DNA of 49,525 nucleotides from Octopus bimaculoides. Lineage: Eukaryota. Location: contig NC_069004.1 of the NCBI RefSeq assembly GCF_001194135.2, positions 34,373,213 to 34,422,737 of the forward strand, read 5' to 3'. Both the position numbers and the translations under genes were made by a program. Each line of letters begins with the position of its first letter. The first letter of the stretch is position 1. The notes under the pieces were generated by a model that saw only the letters and a program-made list of their open reading frames with translations, did not search any database and was not told where the DNA came from. Below are positions 13,859 through 26,169 of the stretch, piece after piece.

Positions 13859-14570
13859 NNNNNNNNNNNNNNNNNNNNNNNNNNNNNNNNNNNNNNNNNN
13901 NNNNNNNNNNNNNNNNNNNNNNNNNNNNNNNNNNNNNNNNNNNNNNNNNNNNNNNNNNNNNNNNNNNNNNNNNNNNNNNNNNNNNNNNNNNNNNNNNNNN
14001 NNNNNNNNNNNNNNNNNNNNNNNNNNNNNNNNNNNNNNNNNNNNNNNNNNNNNNNNNNNNNNNNNNNNNNNNNNNNNNNNNNNNNNNNNNNNNNNNNNNN
14101 NNNNNNNNNNNNNNNNNNNNNNNNNNNNNNNNNNNNNNNNNNNNNNNNNNNNNNNNNNNNNNNNNNNNNNNNNNNNNNNNNNNNNNNNNNNNNNNNNNNN
14201 NNNNNNNNNNNNNNNNNNNNNNNNNNNNNNNNNNNNNNNNNNNNNNNNNNNNNNNNNNNNNNNNNNNNNNNNNNNNNNNNNNNNNNNNNNNNNNNNNNNN
14301 NNNNNNNNNNNNNNNNNNNNNNNNNNNNNNNNNNNNNNNNNNNNNNNNNNNNNNNNNNNNNNNNNNNNNNNNNNNNNNNATATATATATATATACATACG
14401 TACGCATATATATATGTATGACGTTGACGTTAATAGGTGTGTGCTATAAGTGCTCGGTTTGGTTTGCCACTATATCTCTTCCGGTTTCGACGGCAACTGA
14501 AAAAAGGTGGTGTCGAAACTGCTTATCAAGGATGGCTAGAAGTGGTTCATCTTTGAGAGGGTAGATATAT

Positions 14571-14692
14571 ATTCTTTTCTACTTTAGGCACAGGGCCCGA
14601 AATTTTTGGGGAGGGTGCCAGTCGATTATCTTGACCCCAGTACGCAACTGGTACTTAATTTATCGACCCCGAAGGGATGAAAGGCAAAGTTC
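14571..14692 (-). mobile_element. SINE family A, 3' half
   Basis: CTTTTCTACTTTAGGCACAGGGCCCGAAATTTTTGGGGAGGG..GTACTTAATTTATCGACCCCGAAGGGATGAAAGGCAAAG. Confidence 0.85.
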
Positions 14693-14800
14693 GTCCTAAA
14701 CTGAAACAGATGTAAGCAAATATGTTGGAGTTTTGCAGTTAATAAACTATATTAATGCTACATCTCCATTTTCTGAATATATATATATATATATATATAT

Positions 14801-14965
14801 ATACGATAGGCTACTCTTAATCTCTGTCTACCAAATCGCCTCACAAGGCTTTGTGGACCAGAGGCTATAGTAGAAGTCACATGCCCGAGGTATCACGTAG
14901 TGCAACTGAACACGGAGCCATGTGGGTCAGAAGCAAACTTTTTACCACACAGCCACTAGCACGCC

Positions 14966-14967
<2 letters not shown>
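14801..14967 (-). mobile_element. SINE family B, 5' half (tRNA head plus CORE-like segment)
   Basis: Reverse complement of GGCGTG..GTGGCTGTGTGGTAA..GGTTCAGT..CTTCTACTATAGCCTC..GCCTTGTGAG..GATTTGGTAGAC; ends at a (TA)n tract. Confidence 0.8.
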
Positions 14968-15012
<45 letters not shown>

Positions 15013-15585
15013 CCTATCTCCGTCTTTACTGAAAGATATGACTGTATACATGACACACCAATATATTCTGCCAAGTCCTGTGCCATTCTCAGCATCATAA
15101 CATCAGCATAGCAACACCACCATCATCACCAGTACAATGAACTCCACCACTTGACGTGGCCCCAAGTCGTGCTCCAGTCGTGCCGGTTCAGGTTTTGCTG
15201 CTTAGGAAAATACTGGCTGGGTACGGTTGAAAAGCCTTTGGTCAAAATTCTTGCATGACCATTATTATGACACCCAAGAGACAATCACTACCGTTGCCAA
15301 TAATAAAGAAATCAATACCTACTCCACCGCATCATCAACTTTGCAAACACGACCAGCGGAAGCACTGCAGTCGAAACTATTATTGACCACAACTGTCACC
15401 ACTACAGCAATCGAATACTTCGAACCGCTGCCGCCACCACTGATGAATAGCAAACTACTTACTGCCTCCATCGCCACCATACCACTACCACTGCAACCAA
15501 CACCACAACATTAATACCGTTATCTACTTAGTGCTCCTGTTTGCCAGAGAAGCGTCGCGAACAATCAAATTAATTTATATAACAC

Positions 15586-15639
<54 letters not shown>

Positions 15640-16285
15640 NNNNNNNNNNNNNNNNNNNNNNNNNNNNNNNNNNNNNNNNNNNNNNNNNNNNNNNNNNNNN
15701 NNNNNNNNNNNNNNNNNNNNNNNNNNNNNNNNNNNNNNNNNNNNNNNNNNNNNNNNNNNNNNNNNNNNNNNNNNNNNNNNNNNNNNNNNNNNNNNNNNNN
15801 NNNNNNNNNNNNNNNNNNNNNNNNNNNNNNNNNNNNNNNNNNNNNNNNNNNNNNNNNNNNNNNNNNNNNNNNNNNNNNNNNNNNNNNNNNNNNNNNNNNN
15901 NNNNNNNNNNNNNNNNNNNNNNNNNNNNNNNNNNNNNNNNNNNNNNNNNNNNNNNNNNNNNNNNNNNNNNNNNNNNNNNNNNNNNNNNNNNNNNNNNNNN
16001 NNNNNNNNNNNNNNNNNNNNNNNNNNNNNNNNNNNNNNNNNNNNNNNNNNNNNNNNNNNNNNNNNNNNNNNNNNNNNNNNNNNNNNNNNNNNNNNNNNNN
16101 NNNNNNNNNNNNNNNNNNNNNNNNNNNNNNNNNNNNNNNNNNNNNNNNNNNCACACACACGATAACTTCGTTTATGGTGATTTTGTTGTTTATATTATAC
16201 TATACATAAATATTGCGTGATTGTTCTTCACCAGAATCCTTATAATGGCTAGGGTAACACTTATCCTAGAGTTTCTTTCTTTCTT

Positions 16286-16372
<87 letters not shown>

Positions 16373-16380
16373 GGTGTATG

Positions 16381-16538
16381 TGTAGCTGTGTGGTCAGAAG
16401 CTTACTTCCCAACTACATGGTTCCGGGTTCAGTGCCGCTGCGTGGCACCTAAGGCAAGTGTCGTGTCTACTATAGCCTCGGCCCGAATAAACCCTTGTGA
16501 GTGGATATATTAGACGGAAAATGAAAGAAGCCCGTCGT
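16381..16538 (+). mobile_element. SINE family B, 5' half
   Basis: GCTGTGTGGTCAGAAGCTTACTTCCCAACTACATGGTTCCGGGTTCAGT..GGCACCTAAGGCAAGTGTC..TAGACGGAAAATGAAAGAAGCCCGTCG followed by (TA)n. Confidence 0.85.
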
Positions 16539-16729
16539 ATATATATATATAAACCCTTACATATTCTTTTATTCCTTTACTTGTTTCGGTATTTATACAC
16601 AGTACAGTACTGTTTCTGCTTCGCGGATTTTCACCTATTGTGGCGGGTTTTGGAACGTATCACCCGCGAGGTTGTTGCGTTCTAAATAATTACAAGGCAC
16701 AGGTAAGAAAATCACTGAAAGTAACTTAC

Positions 16730-16877
16730 CTAAGATCATCAAATCTTGATATTTCTTCGTATATGTTCCGTGTTGGCAGGTAGAGTAAGTTGTCAATGAT
16801 ATGCAGAAGCCCGTTCACACACCAAATATCGGAAACTATTACCCGGGCTGTAATATGGCCACCTTTGACGTAAATTG
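16730..16877 (-). CDS. Internal coding exon of a fasciclin-1-like (FAS1 domain) cell-adhesion gene
   Basis: Minus strand shows acceptor ATTTTCTTATTTC(T)nGCAG| at 16878 and donor AG|GTAAGT at 16729. The 148 nt (phase 1 to phase 2) read open as IYVKGGHITARVIVSDIWCVNGLLHIIDNLLYLPTRNIYEEISRFDDL. This matches the FAS1 H2 motif (A.V...DI...NG..HIID.VL) followed by the P..(T/N)(I/V)...L start of the next FAS1 repeat, as in insect fasciclin I. Confidence 0.9.
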
Positions 16878-18296
16878 CTGCAAAAAAAAAAAAAAGAAAT
16901 AAGAAAATATGTTAAAGAATCGAGTTATTATATATATATATATCAATCCTGTCAAAGAAGTCACTTAATCGATGTAAATAATTGCAAGGAATACACGGGC
17001 GCATGCGACGTACAGACACGCGCATAATACACCTTAATAAACAAAAACAAAACAAAAACGAATGTTTCCAGATTGACAGGGATGCTCCAAACGGAAGTGA
17101 ATAGAAATTCTTCTCTGTTTAACAATACAGAATAAGACACCATTGATTGTGCTTTGGGACCCGTCAATTGATATTGGGTTAGATGCAGAAGGATCGTATT
17201 TTCTTAGTGTTGTGGAAATTCGATACTAGAATCAAGCTACGTGGTCTACAGATTCAAGAGAAATGACACCTAATTTTGTTTCATGTTAAGAGCTCCATTA
17301 GTGGTCATTGAAAGTCCTAAAAGAAATAGAGAGTTCTGCTTCACGAGAACCAGCCTACGTGATCAGTAAAAATGTTAAAATTAATAGCCAATTCTACTTC
17401 ATATGTTGAGTCTGGAAATCTAATTATATACATCAGACAATCGCAAATAACTGTCAAGAGTATTTGATTATGTCTAATTCACATACACAATATCGGTTAC
17501 CATATAAGTTTGTTATGAAGTATATTATAGTTTAAGTACTTTGCCTTAGGCCCAAAACCTTTTGATGGAGTGTTGAGGTGGTCGTGACTGTCACTGATGT
17601 CCATTGTACAATTTTTGTTAATCTTGTGGCGGAGGTAATGTTGATGATGGTTATGACCGCTATAGTTATCTCTGTAGTTCTTAGGGCTTGCTTTTACGGT
17701 TCCATATTTCTGTCTTAGAACCTATATTTGATCTACTGGTGGTGGTGTTGTTGCTGTTCTTATTTTAGTTGGCTTATTGCTGCTGTTCTGAATATTGATT
17801 ACCTTTCTTTACTATTAATATTGATATTTATGCTGACGTTAATGTTAAATCGAAGTTGTTGTTGTTGTTGTAGAAGTTGTCATTGAAATTGGATTAAAAT
17901 GTTTCCTATATTCTAGATTCAATTCCCTCAGTTCCTTTTTCTTCTTTTTTAGTAAGTTACCAACCTTCTCCCCGTCGCCATCTTTGCTCCGCTCCGATGC
18001 TCTCTTGCACGTATTTCAACGAAGTAATTCCGTATATCACACATCATTCAGCCATCAATATTCGATATATTCACTGCCACCACTACCACCACAGCTCCTG
18101 CTACTACTGCTGACGAACGATAGCGCCACCACTAGCTAGTGTGAAAGAAGCGATTGAATTTTAACAATATCCCATTCCACACACACACACCCTTCACCTC
18201 CCGTGTTGTAAAGTACAACTGAAATGCATTAAGATACATCGGGGTTTGAGGTTTCACCCAGATTTGTGGATTTATGTAGAGTTTAACTGTATCTAT

Positions 18297-18341
<45 letters not shown>

Positions 18342-18442
18342 ATATAACAGATAGCTATTTACCTATACATCCATCGCTTCATCTATCTAGATATGTGACG
18401 GAGATGTTTTCTCCGTCTGTCCGTCTATCTATCTGGCACGCA

Positions 18443-18598
18443 CTGGCACTCCGTCGGTTACGACGACGAGTGTTCCAGTTGATCCGATCAACGGAACAGC
18501 CTGCTCGTGAAATTAACATGCAAGTGGCTGAGCACTCCACAGACACGTGTACCCTTAACGTAGTTCTCGGAGAGATTCAGCGTGACAGAGTGTGACAA
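18443..18598. mobile_element. SINE family C, 3' part (reverse orientation relative to the 19048-19216 copy)
   Basis: CTGGCACTCCGTCGGTTACGACGACGAG..GTGGCTGAGCACTCCACAGACACGTGTACC; the reverse complement aligns to 19070-19216. Confidence 0.85.
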
Positions 18599-19047
18599 AA
18601 CTTTCTCCAGAACGCCTCTACATCACAACCCACACGAAAGCTTAATTGCTTCTCCACTCAAATCCACCCAAAGAAGATTTTAACTCAACAGATTATATAA
18701 AGTCAAGATTAAATCCAAAGCATTGCAGTCTGAAGATGGCTTCTCTGGCCAAAACTTCGAAGCAATTGTCAGTAACATTCACATATACATACATAAACAC
18801 AGATGTATGTATATACATAGTGCATTTAAATATGTATATTGTGTATATATATATTACATATGTATATATGTATATATATATGCATATATTATATACGTCA
18901 CACACACACTCACACACACGGGTGCGGGCGCATGTGAGGTGAGGTGAGGTGACAGCATCAAGTGAACTTTCTATTTCTTGAAAACTCTCTTATTGTTGAA
19001 ATAGTTTGTACATGTATGTATGTATGTTTGTATGTATGCGTGTGCGG

Positions 19048-19216
19048 TCGTTGTACTTGTAATTCAAAAGTGTCATGCTGAATCGCTCTGAGAACTGCAT
19101 TAAAGGTACACGTGTCCGTGGAGTACTCAGCCACTTTCACGTTAATTTCACGAGCAAGCTGTTCCGTTGATCGAATCAGTTGGGACCCCTCGTCGTCGTA
19201 ACCGACGAAGTGCTCC
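19048..19216. mobile_element. SINE family C, 3' part
   Basis: GGTACACGTGTCCGTGGAGTACTCAGCCAC..GTTAATTTCACGAG..CTCGTCGTCGTAACCGACG. A further degenerate copy lies at ~11310-11385. Confidence 0.85.
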
Positions 19217-19571
19217 TGCTCCTATGTATGTATGTATGTATGTATGTATGTATGTGCTATATGCGTATATGTATAGGCTGCTATGCACTTAGCTGTTTAA
19301 GTATATCCTAAGTGGCTTTATAAACGAGTCCTGTTTTTTTTTCTGCTTGTTCTGTGTACGTGGAGAGTCCATTACTCGTTTACCGTTTCGATTTATTCCG
19401 CTGTATGTTTTATGTATTGAAATATAAGGACTACATATATGCGTGCGTTTTTAAACGAGATTCTACGTGACTATATAAAGTTTTTATGGCGTTTTTCCTT
19501 TTCAGTTTTCGCTGTGTTATACACCCACCCACACACACACACACACACACGAATGAATGATCACAGTTTAT

Positions 19572-19602
<31 letters not shown>

Positions 19603-19774
19603 CATACACACGCATGTATGAACTGTGTATCTGTGCTCTGCATTTTTGATTTTTGTGTTATGAGCTATATGTGTGTGTGTGTATGTATATGTATATATAT
19701 GTATATGTATGTATATATATATACATGTGTGTGTATGTATATATATATGCATATGTATATATGTATACATACGT

Positions 19775-19842
<68 letters not shown>

Positions 19843-20771
19843 NNNNNNNNNNNNNNNNNNNNNNNNNNNNNNNNNNNNNNNNNNNNNNNNNNNNNNNNNN
19901 NNNNNNNNNNNNNNNNNNNNNNNNNNNNNNNNNNNNNNNNNNNNNNNNNNNNNNNNNNNNNNNNNNNNNNNNNNNNNNNNNNNNNNNNNNNNNNNNNNNN
20001 NNNNNNNNNNNNNNNNNNNNNNNNNNNNNNNNNNNNNNNNNNNNNNNNNNNNNNNNNNNNNNNNNNNNNNNNNNNNNNNNNNNNNNNNNNNNNNNNNNNN
20101 NNNNNNNNNNNNNNNNNNNNNNNNNNNNNNNNNNNNNNNNNNNNNNNNNNNNNNNNNNNNNNNNNNNNNNNNNNNNNNNNNNNNNNNNNNNNNNNNNNNN
20201 NNNNNNNNNNNNNNNNNATTATATAAAGTGTATTGGAATATATTTTACGTGGTAACAGGTTGTAGCCATTAAAATTTGGCGTCGACTTTTGTGGATCGAA
20301 GAAAACATTTTTTTCCCGCCCATTAAAATCATGTTCAGTGTCAAATTTATTTTATATCTTTACAACTTTTCCGCCATCTTGTTTCTTTATAAATTTTATT
20401 AAATCTTTCTTTCGTCTATTTATTTATTGGCAAGGCTTACATCAACAACTGCTATTAAGTTTCAATTCTTTTCCATGATGTTCTCATTGGACGTCTTCAG
20501 GGTCTACATGTGTCTCTGGCTGTTTTATTCTAGATGTGTGTGTGTGTTTTTCTTCGAAATCTATTGATTTATGTTGTGTTCTTTATTTTTAATGTTACAT
20601 CAACAACTTCTGCTGTGATGTGCGTTTTTTTCATTTGTTTTATTCATTTTGATTTTTATTCAGCTACTCTGCTCGCTGTGTGTTCGTGTAAGCCTGTGAA
20701 TGAATGTACGCGTACGAGCTTCATAGCAGCAGCAGAAAACAACAACAACAACAACAACAACAACAATAATA

Positions 20772-20807
<36 letters not shown>

Positions 20808-20946
20808 GTAATGATGATGATATTAGTGTAGCTGTCGCCGCCCTTGTGGTTGTTGTTATTGATGTTGTAGATTAATTTTGATATTGTAGTTGTTGTTGAT
20901 GTAGTGTTATGGTGTATTTAGTATTTTTTAAATGTATTGATGTTCG

Positions 20947-20984
<38 letters not shown>

Positions 20985-21253
20985 ACATGTGGGTTTTGTT
21001 AACGTTGTTGTCGATGTTGCAGTTTTGCGTTGCATTTCGAGTACATTTATTGCTCTCTCTCTCTCTCTCTCTCTCTGTATACACACACATACTTATACAT
21101 TAACACACACATGTATACTTCTTATATGTGCTTGCGCGTGTTTATGTGTGTATATATATATATATATATACACGCACACACATATATATGAGCACACATA
21201 AATGAAAGTACGGACATACGTGTATATGTATGAGTATATGTATGTATGTACAG

Positions 21254-21293
<40 letters not shown>

Positions 21294-21649
21294 GAGGTCC
21301 TTTTTTATGTATTTCTTACGGGATATTGATTATATTTAAGTTACATCAGCGAACACTATTATATTATTTTATTGCTTCGGCACTCTGCGGCTTTTTTTCG
21401 AGGGCGAAGGGGAGGTTTATCTGTAGCATTTCGGGGGTGTTTTAGATATGTATGTATATGCGTATAACTGTGCGCGAGTATTATATTTCTGGAGCTACAT
21501 ATCATTTATGTGTGTATGTATGTGACTGTGCGTGTATAGTCGCTAACGCGTCTGGAAGTGCTTCTTCTCTGCCATACTTCTTTTCTTCCGTGTGTATGTG
21601 AATGTGATAAGAATAAGCGTTTCGCTTAAGATTCCTACTGGTTGTTTTC

Positions 21650-21692
<43 letters not shown>

Positions 21693-21805
21693 GCCTGCCT
21701 GCCTGCCTGTCTGTCTGTCTGTCTATCTATCTAGTGTTCTATCTCTCTCTGCGCACCTGTATACAGCAGTACGTCCGTAAGTGTGCGTGTATATGTGTAT
21801 ACACA

Positions 21806-22173
21806 CAGGAGTGGCTGCGTGGTAAGAAGCTCGCTTCCCAACCATTTGATTCCAGGTTCAGTTCCATTGCGTGACACCTTAAGCAGTTGTCTTCTACTAC
21901 ACCCTCGGGCCGAGGGTGTAGACGGAAACTGAAAGAAGCCCGTCATATATATATATGTGTGTCTGTGTTTGTGTGTCTGTGTTTATCCCTCCACCATCGC
22001 TTGACACCGCCGTTGGTGTGTTTACGTCCCCGTAAATTAGCGGTTCGGCAAAAGAGGCCAACAGAATAAGTACTAGGCTAACAAAAAATAAGTCCTGGAG
22101 TCGATTTCTTCGATTAAAGGTAGTGCCCCAGCATGACCGCAGTCAAATGACTGAAACAAATAAAAGAATGAAA

Positions 22174-22175
<2 letters not shown>
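21806..22175 (+). mobile_element. SINE family B, full-length
   Basis: tRNA-like head, internal (TA)/(GT) tract, CGCTTGACAC..GTTTACGTCCCCGTAA middle and GGTAGTGCCCCAGCATGACCGCAGTCAAATGACTGAAAC tail. Confidence 0.9.
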
Positions 22176-22262
<87 letters not shown>

Positions 22263-23451
22263 GTGTGTGTATGTGTGCGTGTGAAGAAAAATCTATGTTG
22301 TGAAATTCATGACGTTCCAAGCTTGGGATTTTGTCCTTCAAACAAAAAATGGAAATTTTGTTCCTGATATTTACCAAAGAGGAAGATAGATGTTAATATA
22401 GACTCTTAAATCACAGAAAATCCTAAGAGAGGTTTTCGTCTCATATCGTAGGTTTCGAAGACTATAGTTTTGAAAGCCATTATGTGGCTTTTTATTTATG
22501 TATGTATGTATGTATGTAAGAAAGAACCTATACTTAAATATATAGGTGTGTGTGTGTGTGTGTAATTGTACCGTTATAGGGAATTCATGTGTAGCCATTT
22601 TCTCACTATAAACATATGCTCGAAGCTGTTTGATAGATTTTTTGGCATTGGCTCTCGAATGACTATCTTTTCCTTGAGTTTGTTTATAAATGCTTTGTAA
22701 CTTGTAACATAAAATATACGCAAACACGCAGGAATACACGCGGGCACGCACCAGCACACATATATACATACATATATCAATGTATGTATATATATACACT
22801 TCTATACACACATATACATACACACATATAAACAAGTATATGAGTATATCTAAGCATATGTTGTTATACATCTGTCGCTCTCTCCTTCTATATATAAAAA
22901 TATATATACATACATTTATATGTGTATGTATAGACACACATATACAAGTATGAGTATATATAAGTATATGTAGACATATATTTATACACATTATACATAT
23001 ATGACTATATATTCACATTATATATTCATTTACACATTAACACACACACACACATATATATATATATGAATATATACATACATAATGTGTGTATACGCAT
23101 TTACGAATGTATATACGTACACCCAGGAATATATATTCTATTTCTATTACACTTTATCCTTGTGTCAATCACTCAAGCTATCAATTATTGAAAATGTACA
23201 GCCATATTGTTATTCTTGTTATTAGTTCTTGTTTATTTATTTGTTTAGTTAGTTTCGCTGGCAAACGGTTGAATAAAGTCAACAGAAACTAATAAAAATA
23301 CGGTAGCAGCTAAAGTCTATAATTACTATATTCAGTTGGGAAAAAAAGAAACCGGCATGCATCGTATTTTTCTACGATGACGCTGCCAAGAGCACACATA
23401 TTAGTGTCAGTTGCCTTCACTAGACTTTATATATTGAAGGCATCAGAGGTT

Positions 23452-23510
<59 letters not shown>

Positions 23511-23610
23511 GTATGTATGTATATATAAATATAAACATATATACGTATATAAATACATATATGTATGTATGTATATATACATGTATGCATGTATATAAAT
23601 AGATATGTAT

Positions 23611-23667
<57 letters not shown>

Positions 23668-23888
23668 TGTATGTATGCATATATATACATATATATATGT
23701 ATTCATACATATATATATATATACATACATATATATATATATATATGTATGTATATATATATGCATATATATGTGTGTATATATGTATAGAGAGTCTCAT
23801 ATATAGTCTCATATCAGTGGGTTTGCGTATGTATGTATAAATTACATTTGAGACATATATATGTGTGTGTATGTATAAATCATACTTT

Positions 23889-23923
<35 letters not shown>

Positions 23924-24127
23924 TTAAACATGTATATTCACATGTATGTATGCATGCATTGATACGCATATGCTTTTGTAAGTGTGTGTTCTTGTTTTTT
24001 TATTCGAAAATATATATATACATATTGTATACATTGAGATAGCTACACACGCTTTGATATATGTGTTCGAATCTGTACGTATGTGCATTCGTATTTACGC
24101 ATATGCACATATACGTATCTAGAGATT

Positions 24128-24187
<60 letters not shown>

Positions 24188-24318
24188 AATGTCTCTACAT
24201 AAATAAGGTGCATATAAGTATTTATCTGTTTATATATTTATATGCATATATTTGTATACATACACATGTATGGCCGGAAGACTATATGTGTAAAGTTTAC
24301 CACTCGTAAACATGTGTG

Positions 24319-24354
<36 letters not shown>

Positions 24355-24844
24355 TTTATATACCATTGGATATGCATATTGTATTATGCATTCTGAAGTT
24401 TAGGTACGGTTGTACCCGGGGGATTTCTTATGCTGCGAGAAACAGGTGAGATTGATGACGTCAACGTTTCTCCATAACATTTATAATTTGATGGCTGCGT
24501 TTAAACCATGAACAATCTTGGATGGGGAGCAATTGGCCAGAGTCTTTAGAGCGGAACCAGCGTCGGAGTGGACACAATATACCAACATACGCGAAAAAAA
24601 AACGGTTAGAGATGGATGTGTTGTGTATAGTTAAGTGACAGGAGCATGCAGCATGCCATCTTCGAGGACCAGGAATCCAATGGTGTTTCGAAAAGAACGA
24701 TTATTGAAACGAGGCAGTTTTCCGTGAGAAATAAGTTTAAGAGGAATTACGAATGCCGTCCGTCTTACGAGAGTGTGGACTAATATTTCAGATGGAATCT
24801 TGTGTATTGGCCCAGTTTGGAAGTTGAACATGTGTGTGTGTGTG

Positions 24845-25055
24845 AGGCGGCGAGCTGGTAGGAATGTTAGCATGCCGGGCGAAATGCTCAGCGATATTTC
24901 GTGTCTTTACGTTTTGGCTTCTAATTCCGTCGAGGTCAACTTTGCCTTTCGTTCTTCTGGGGTTGATAAATTAAGTACCAGCTGCGTACTGGGGATCGAT
25001 GTAATCGATTGCCCCCCCCCTGCCCCAAAATCTCGGGCCTTGTACCTAGAATAGG
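24845..25055 (+). mobile_element. SINE family A, full-length
   Basis: AGGCGGCGAGCTGG..GAGGTCAACTTTGCCTTTCG..GGGGTTGATAAATTAAGTACCAG..GGCCTTGTACCT. Confidence 0.9.
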
Positions 25056-25174
25056 AATGAATGTATGTCTGTGTGTGTCATCTGATCCTGAACAAGGTAG
25101 GGTTCTGTTAAAAGACTGCAAAGATTTAAGTCACAAAAAGCTCAATTAACCCCCCCCCCCCCACACATAATAAT

Positions 25175-25356
25175 CCACTTGGTTCAGTCATCCGAAGCTG
25201 CGGCCATGCTGGGGCTCTGCCTTGAAGGGTCTAGTCGAACAAATCGACCCCATGACATTTCTAAAAGCCTAGTATTTATTCCAATGGACTCTTTTTGACG
25301 AACTGCTATGTTACGGGGACCTAAACACACCAGCACCGGTGCTCAAGCCGTGATGG
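25175..25356 (-). mobile_element. SINE family B, 3' half
   Basis: TTCAGTCA..GCGGCCATGCTGGGGC..GCCTTGAAGGG..GTCGAACAAATCGACCCC..GTTACGGGGAC. Confidence 0.85.
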
Positions 25357-25523
25357 ACACACGCACACTCACACACACATATATATTTACACATATACAC
25401 AACGAGCTCCCTTTTCTGTTTCCGTCTAACAAATCCACTCAGAACGCTATAGATGGAGACACCTGCCCAATATACCACACACCCACACCTCTGTGTGTGT
25501 GTGTGTCTCTATCTCTATCTCTT

Positions 25524-25568
<45 letters not shown>

Positions 25569-26136
25569 NNNNNNNNNNNNNNNNNNNNNNNNNNNNNNNN
25601 NNNNNNNNNNNNNNNNNNNNNNNNNNNNNNNNNNNNNNNNNNNNNNNNNNNNNNNNNNNNNNNNNNNNNNNNNNNNNNNNNNNNNNNNNNNNNNNNNNNN
25701 NNNNNNNNNNNNNNNNNNNNNNNNNNNNNNNNNNNNNNNNNNNNNNNNNNNNNNNNNNNNNNNNNNNNNNNNNNNNNNNNNNNNNNNNNNNNNNNNNNNN
25801 NNNNNNNNNNNNNNNNNNNNNNNNNNNNNNNNNNNNNNNNNNNNNNNNNNNNNNNNNNNNNNNNNNNNNNNNNNNNNNNNNNNNNNNNNNNNNNNNNNNN
25901 NNNNNNNNNNNNNNNNNNNNNNNNNNNNNNNNNNNNNNNNNNNNNNNNNNNNNNNNNNNNNNNNNNNNNNNNNNNNNNNNNNNNNNNNNNNNNNNNNNNN
26001 NNNNNNNNNNNNNNNNNNNNNNNNNNNNNNNNNNNNNNNNNNNNNNNNNNNNNNNNNNNNNNNNNNNNNNNNNNNNNNNNNNNNNNNNNNNNNNNNNNNN
26101 NNNNNNNNNNNNNNNNNNNNNNNNNNNNNNNNNNNN

Positions 26137-26169
<33 letters not shown>

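Noticed and set aside
17271-17317. Strong minus-strand acceptor (CTCTCTATTTCTTTTAG)
   Set aside because: All three frames hit stops before a usable donor.
20245-20320. Minus-strand frame NVFFDPQKSTPNFNGYNLLP with a phase-1 donor that could join the FAS1 exon
   Set aside because: In-frame stop upstream with no intervening AG acceptor.
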